From: an uncultured Hormoscilla sp. | GTDB taxonomy: Bacteria > Cyanobacteriota > Cyanobacteriia > Cyanobacteriales > Desertifilaceae | Direction: 5' to 3' | DNA length: 64,000 nucleotides | Assembly: GCA_963921275.4 (NCBI GenBank) | Contig: OZ001293.3 | Location: 2,176,001 to 2,240,000 of the forward strand | Shown: piece by piece, positions 62,141 to 64,000 of the stretch | Numbering within the stretch: position 1 is the stretch's first letter | How the letters are laid out: each line of letters begins with the position of its first letter | Notes under the pieces: generated by a model | Told to the model about the DNA's origin: nothing | The model's database searches: none | Seen by the model: the letters and a program-made list of their open reading frames with translations, nothing else | Made by a program: the position numbers and the translations under genes

Positions 62141-62860
62141 TTAGTTAGAATTTTTTTTTGGGTGATATTCGATCGCCATCCATATGCAATCCGTCTCTGC
62201 ATAATACTGATGCCACGGATAGGTATATTGCTGGTTTTCGTGAACCTGACAAAATGGCACGATCTGGGTGTATCCCTCAGTCATCAAGAGGTCTTCATAG
62301 AGACTCTCAAAACTTTTCACCTTGAACTTCTGCATCCGTCCCTGTCCAAAGACTTGGGTGTGAATCTCCAGAAAGTCATGTTGGTTATGGATTGCACAAT
62401 CGGTACGGGAAGGGGCATACCAGAGGTTCACTTTGACACAGAACTTTTCTTGGTGACTGGGCGCACTTGATTGCCTGGCCATAAAATACGGATCCACTTC
62501 TATGATTCCCGCCTCGTCTTGGGGAGACTTCCATAGCGGGATGTCTGTGGGAAAGTTCGTGTCTGGGAAGTTACCCAATAGATCCCACCCTGGCTCAAAG
62601 ACAATCTTGCCGATATTGTTGGTCTCTACCACTGAGAGCAAAAGTAAGGACTTTGCTTTTTCGATGGTAGTATCTTTGAGTATAGTCGATGAAAAAGCCG
62701 GAATTATGCTGACGTTTGCTTCCTTCAGGTAAGCATCAGTTTCTTCGGGGTTGACTGCGATTGTACGGTTCTGAATGGGATAGTTTTCCACATTTTCAAC
62801 GCATTTCGCGTCTATGTACGCACCGGAAAAGTTAATGACTTTGACTTGGTTAGTTGTCAT
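62141..62860 (-). CDS. Cupin-like protein resembling the aldos-2-ulose dehydratase/isomerase cupin domain
   Basis: IHNQHDFLEIHTQ...GRMQKF and YPWHQY...DCIWMAIEYH; stop is 16 bp upstream of the GH31 start; family call from recalled motif similarity only. Confidence 0.55.
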   Translation of the reverse strand: MTTNQVKVINFSGAYIDAKCVENVENYPIQNRTIAVNPEETDAYLKEANVSIIPAFSSTILKDTTIEKAKSLLLLSVVETNNIGKIVFEPGWDLLGNFPDTNFPTDIPLWKSPQDEAGIIEVDPYFMARQSSAPSHQEKFCVKVNLWYAPSRTDCAIHNQHDFLEIHTQVFGQGRMQKFKVKSFESLYEDLLMTEGYTQIVPFCQVHENQQYTYPWHQYYAETDCIWMAIEYHPKKNSN

Positions 62861-63222
62861 TTGTTTGTGAGAGAGATTTCCAAGACCCTTTTAGGCCACT
62901 CTAACTGAACCGATCTCGCGATCGCTGGCTTAACTGCCCTTATGTTTCGGGGTGCATCTTCTGTATTGTTTGTATTGTTAATTTCGGCGATCGGTGCCTT
63001 TCAGGAAAGGCACCGATCGCAGGAGCGAAAGCTGCTAGCTTTTGCCCAACAACGAGTCTAGGGCTAAAGTGAGATGCACCGGACACCTTGTTTCTAACTT
63101 CGATTATCATCGTATCACAGAGAATGTCTTTTTCTCAACCAACTACATATTTTTCTTATAGCAATTATCTATTTATATCATATACTAATTTCTATGGGTG
63201 ATTGCAGATGCCAAAGTGAGAT

Positions 63223-64000
63223 GGATGGGGTCGAGCCGGGAATCGCTTCCCGACCCTCCCTTGAGGAACCGGACTTGCGATTTTCACCGCATCCGGCTAC
63301 TGGGTACTAGGCCCTTTTCATAGGTAGACTTAATAGGAATTACTTCCGTTAGCCCTTGCCGCCTGTCTTTTCTTCCCTTTCCTGGTTTAGCGAGTGGTTG
63401 TTCTGATAACCGTTAGTATCACCATTTTCAAGTCAGTTTTACCAGTTATCCATACCTTATCCTCCACTTGCGTTTCGGATTAGTTCCGTGGCTTTTTAGG
63501 ATTACTCATTCCAGCAGCTTCCTAGTATCACCGACCCACGTCAGCGCTGGCTACCCAGCATCATCTACATTACTGTAGATGTTATCCCAGGAATTACCCC
63601 GGGCATTCGCTTCTTGGGCCATCCCTCCCCCCGTGGCTTGCGCTTAACATCTAACTTGTCCTGATGGACAGCACACGAGAGGTTACTTCGTTCCCTAACA
63701 ACATTTCGCGATACCTTTAGGTCCACACTATACCCCGGGAGCTATTTGAGTACTATATTAGCCAGAGTCTAAAACTAATACTAGCTACCATTTCCTTTTT
63801 AGGCCAGCGCATATAGCCTTATTTCGCTGGTTCCTTATAACGAGGCTTGCACATGTTTGCCTGCTCTAACCTTGGATATCTTTCCTAGCGGCGTCACCGG
63901 CTTAGGCTGCCAGTTATCCTACATTTGAGTCCTCGCTTAGCACCACGATGATGTCGCTTCGTAGCACCGAGGACCGGTGTCACCCCCGTACCTGGGGGGA
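63223..64000 (-). mobile_element. ORF-less group II intron, family B copy 6 (5' end beyond the window)
   Basis: Reverse complement of copy 1; ends cgaccccatcc followed by A. Confidence 0.95.

Overview
Cyanobacterial DNA, judged from very frequent HIP1 GCGATCGC sites and cyanobacterial-type small repeats. It shows strong genome decay and many eukaryote-like repeat proteins (LRR, cadherin, TPR, WD40), which fits a host-associated lineage (inference). The main structure the ORF track misses is a burst of ORF-less group II introns: six copies of an ~871-nt family B (21988-22858, 24096-24966, 29710-30580, 31961-32438 partial, 33841-34713, 63223->64000) and one related 835-nt family A intron in the 3' end of pcrA (11962-12796). 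Exon rejoining places their 3' ends at ATCC/ATTC/GACT rather than the textbook AY. Two copies form an inverted pair inside one giant TPR-glycosyltransferase gene. Three sit in a tandemly amplified intron-Rpn nuclease cassette. Other content: a frameshifted LRR-Ig-17x cadherin giant protein, a TerY-P-like vWA/PP2C/kinase-WD40 triad, SNF2+SWIM, a TPR-GT gene array, housekeeping genes (rpiA, fumC, aldo/keto reductase, MOSC), an AAA ATPase + S8 protease pair with a nonsense codon, and an IS982-interrupted GH31 alpha-1,4-glucan lyase-like gene beside an AUDH-cupin-like gene (possible anhydrofructose pathway).
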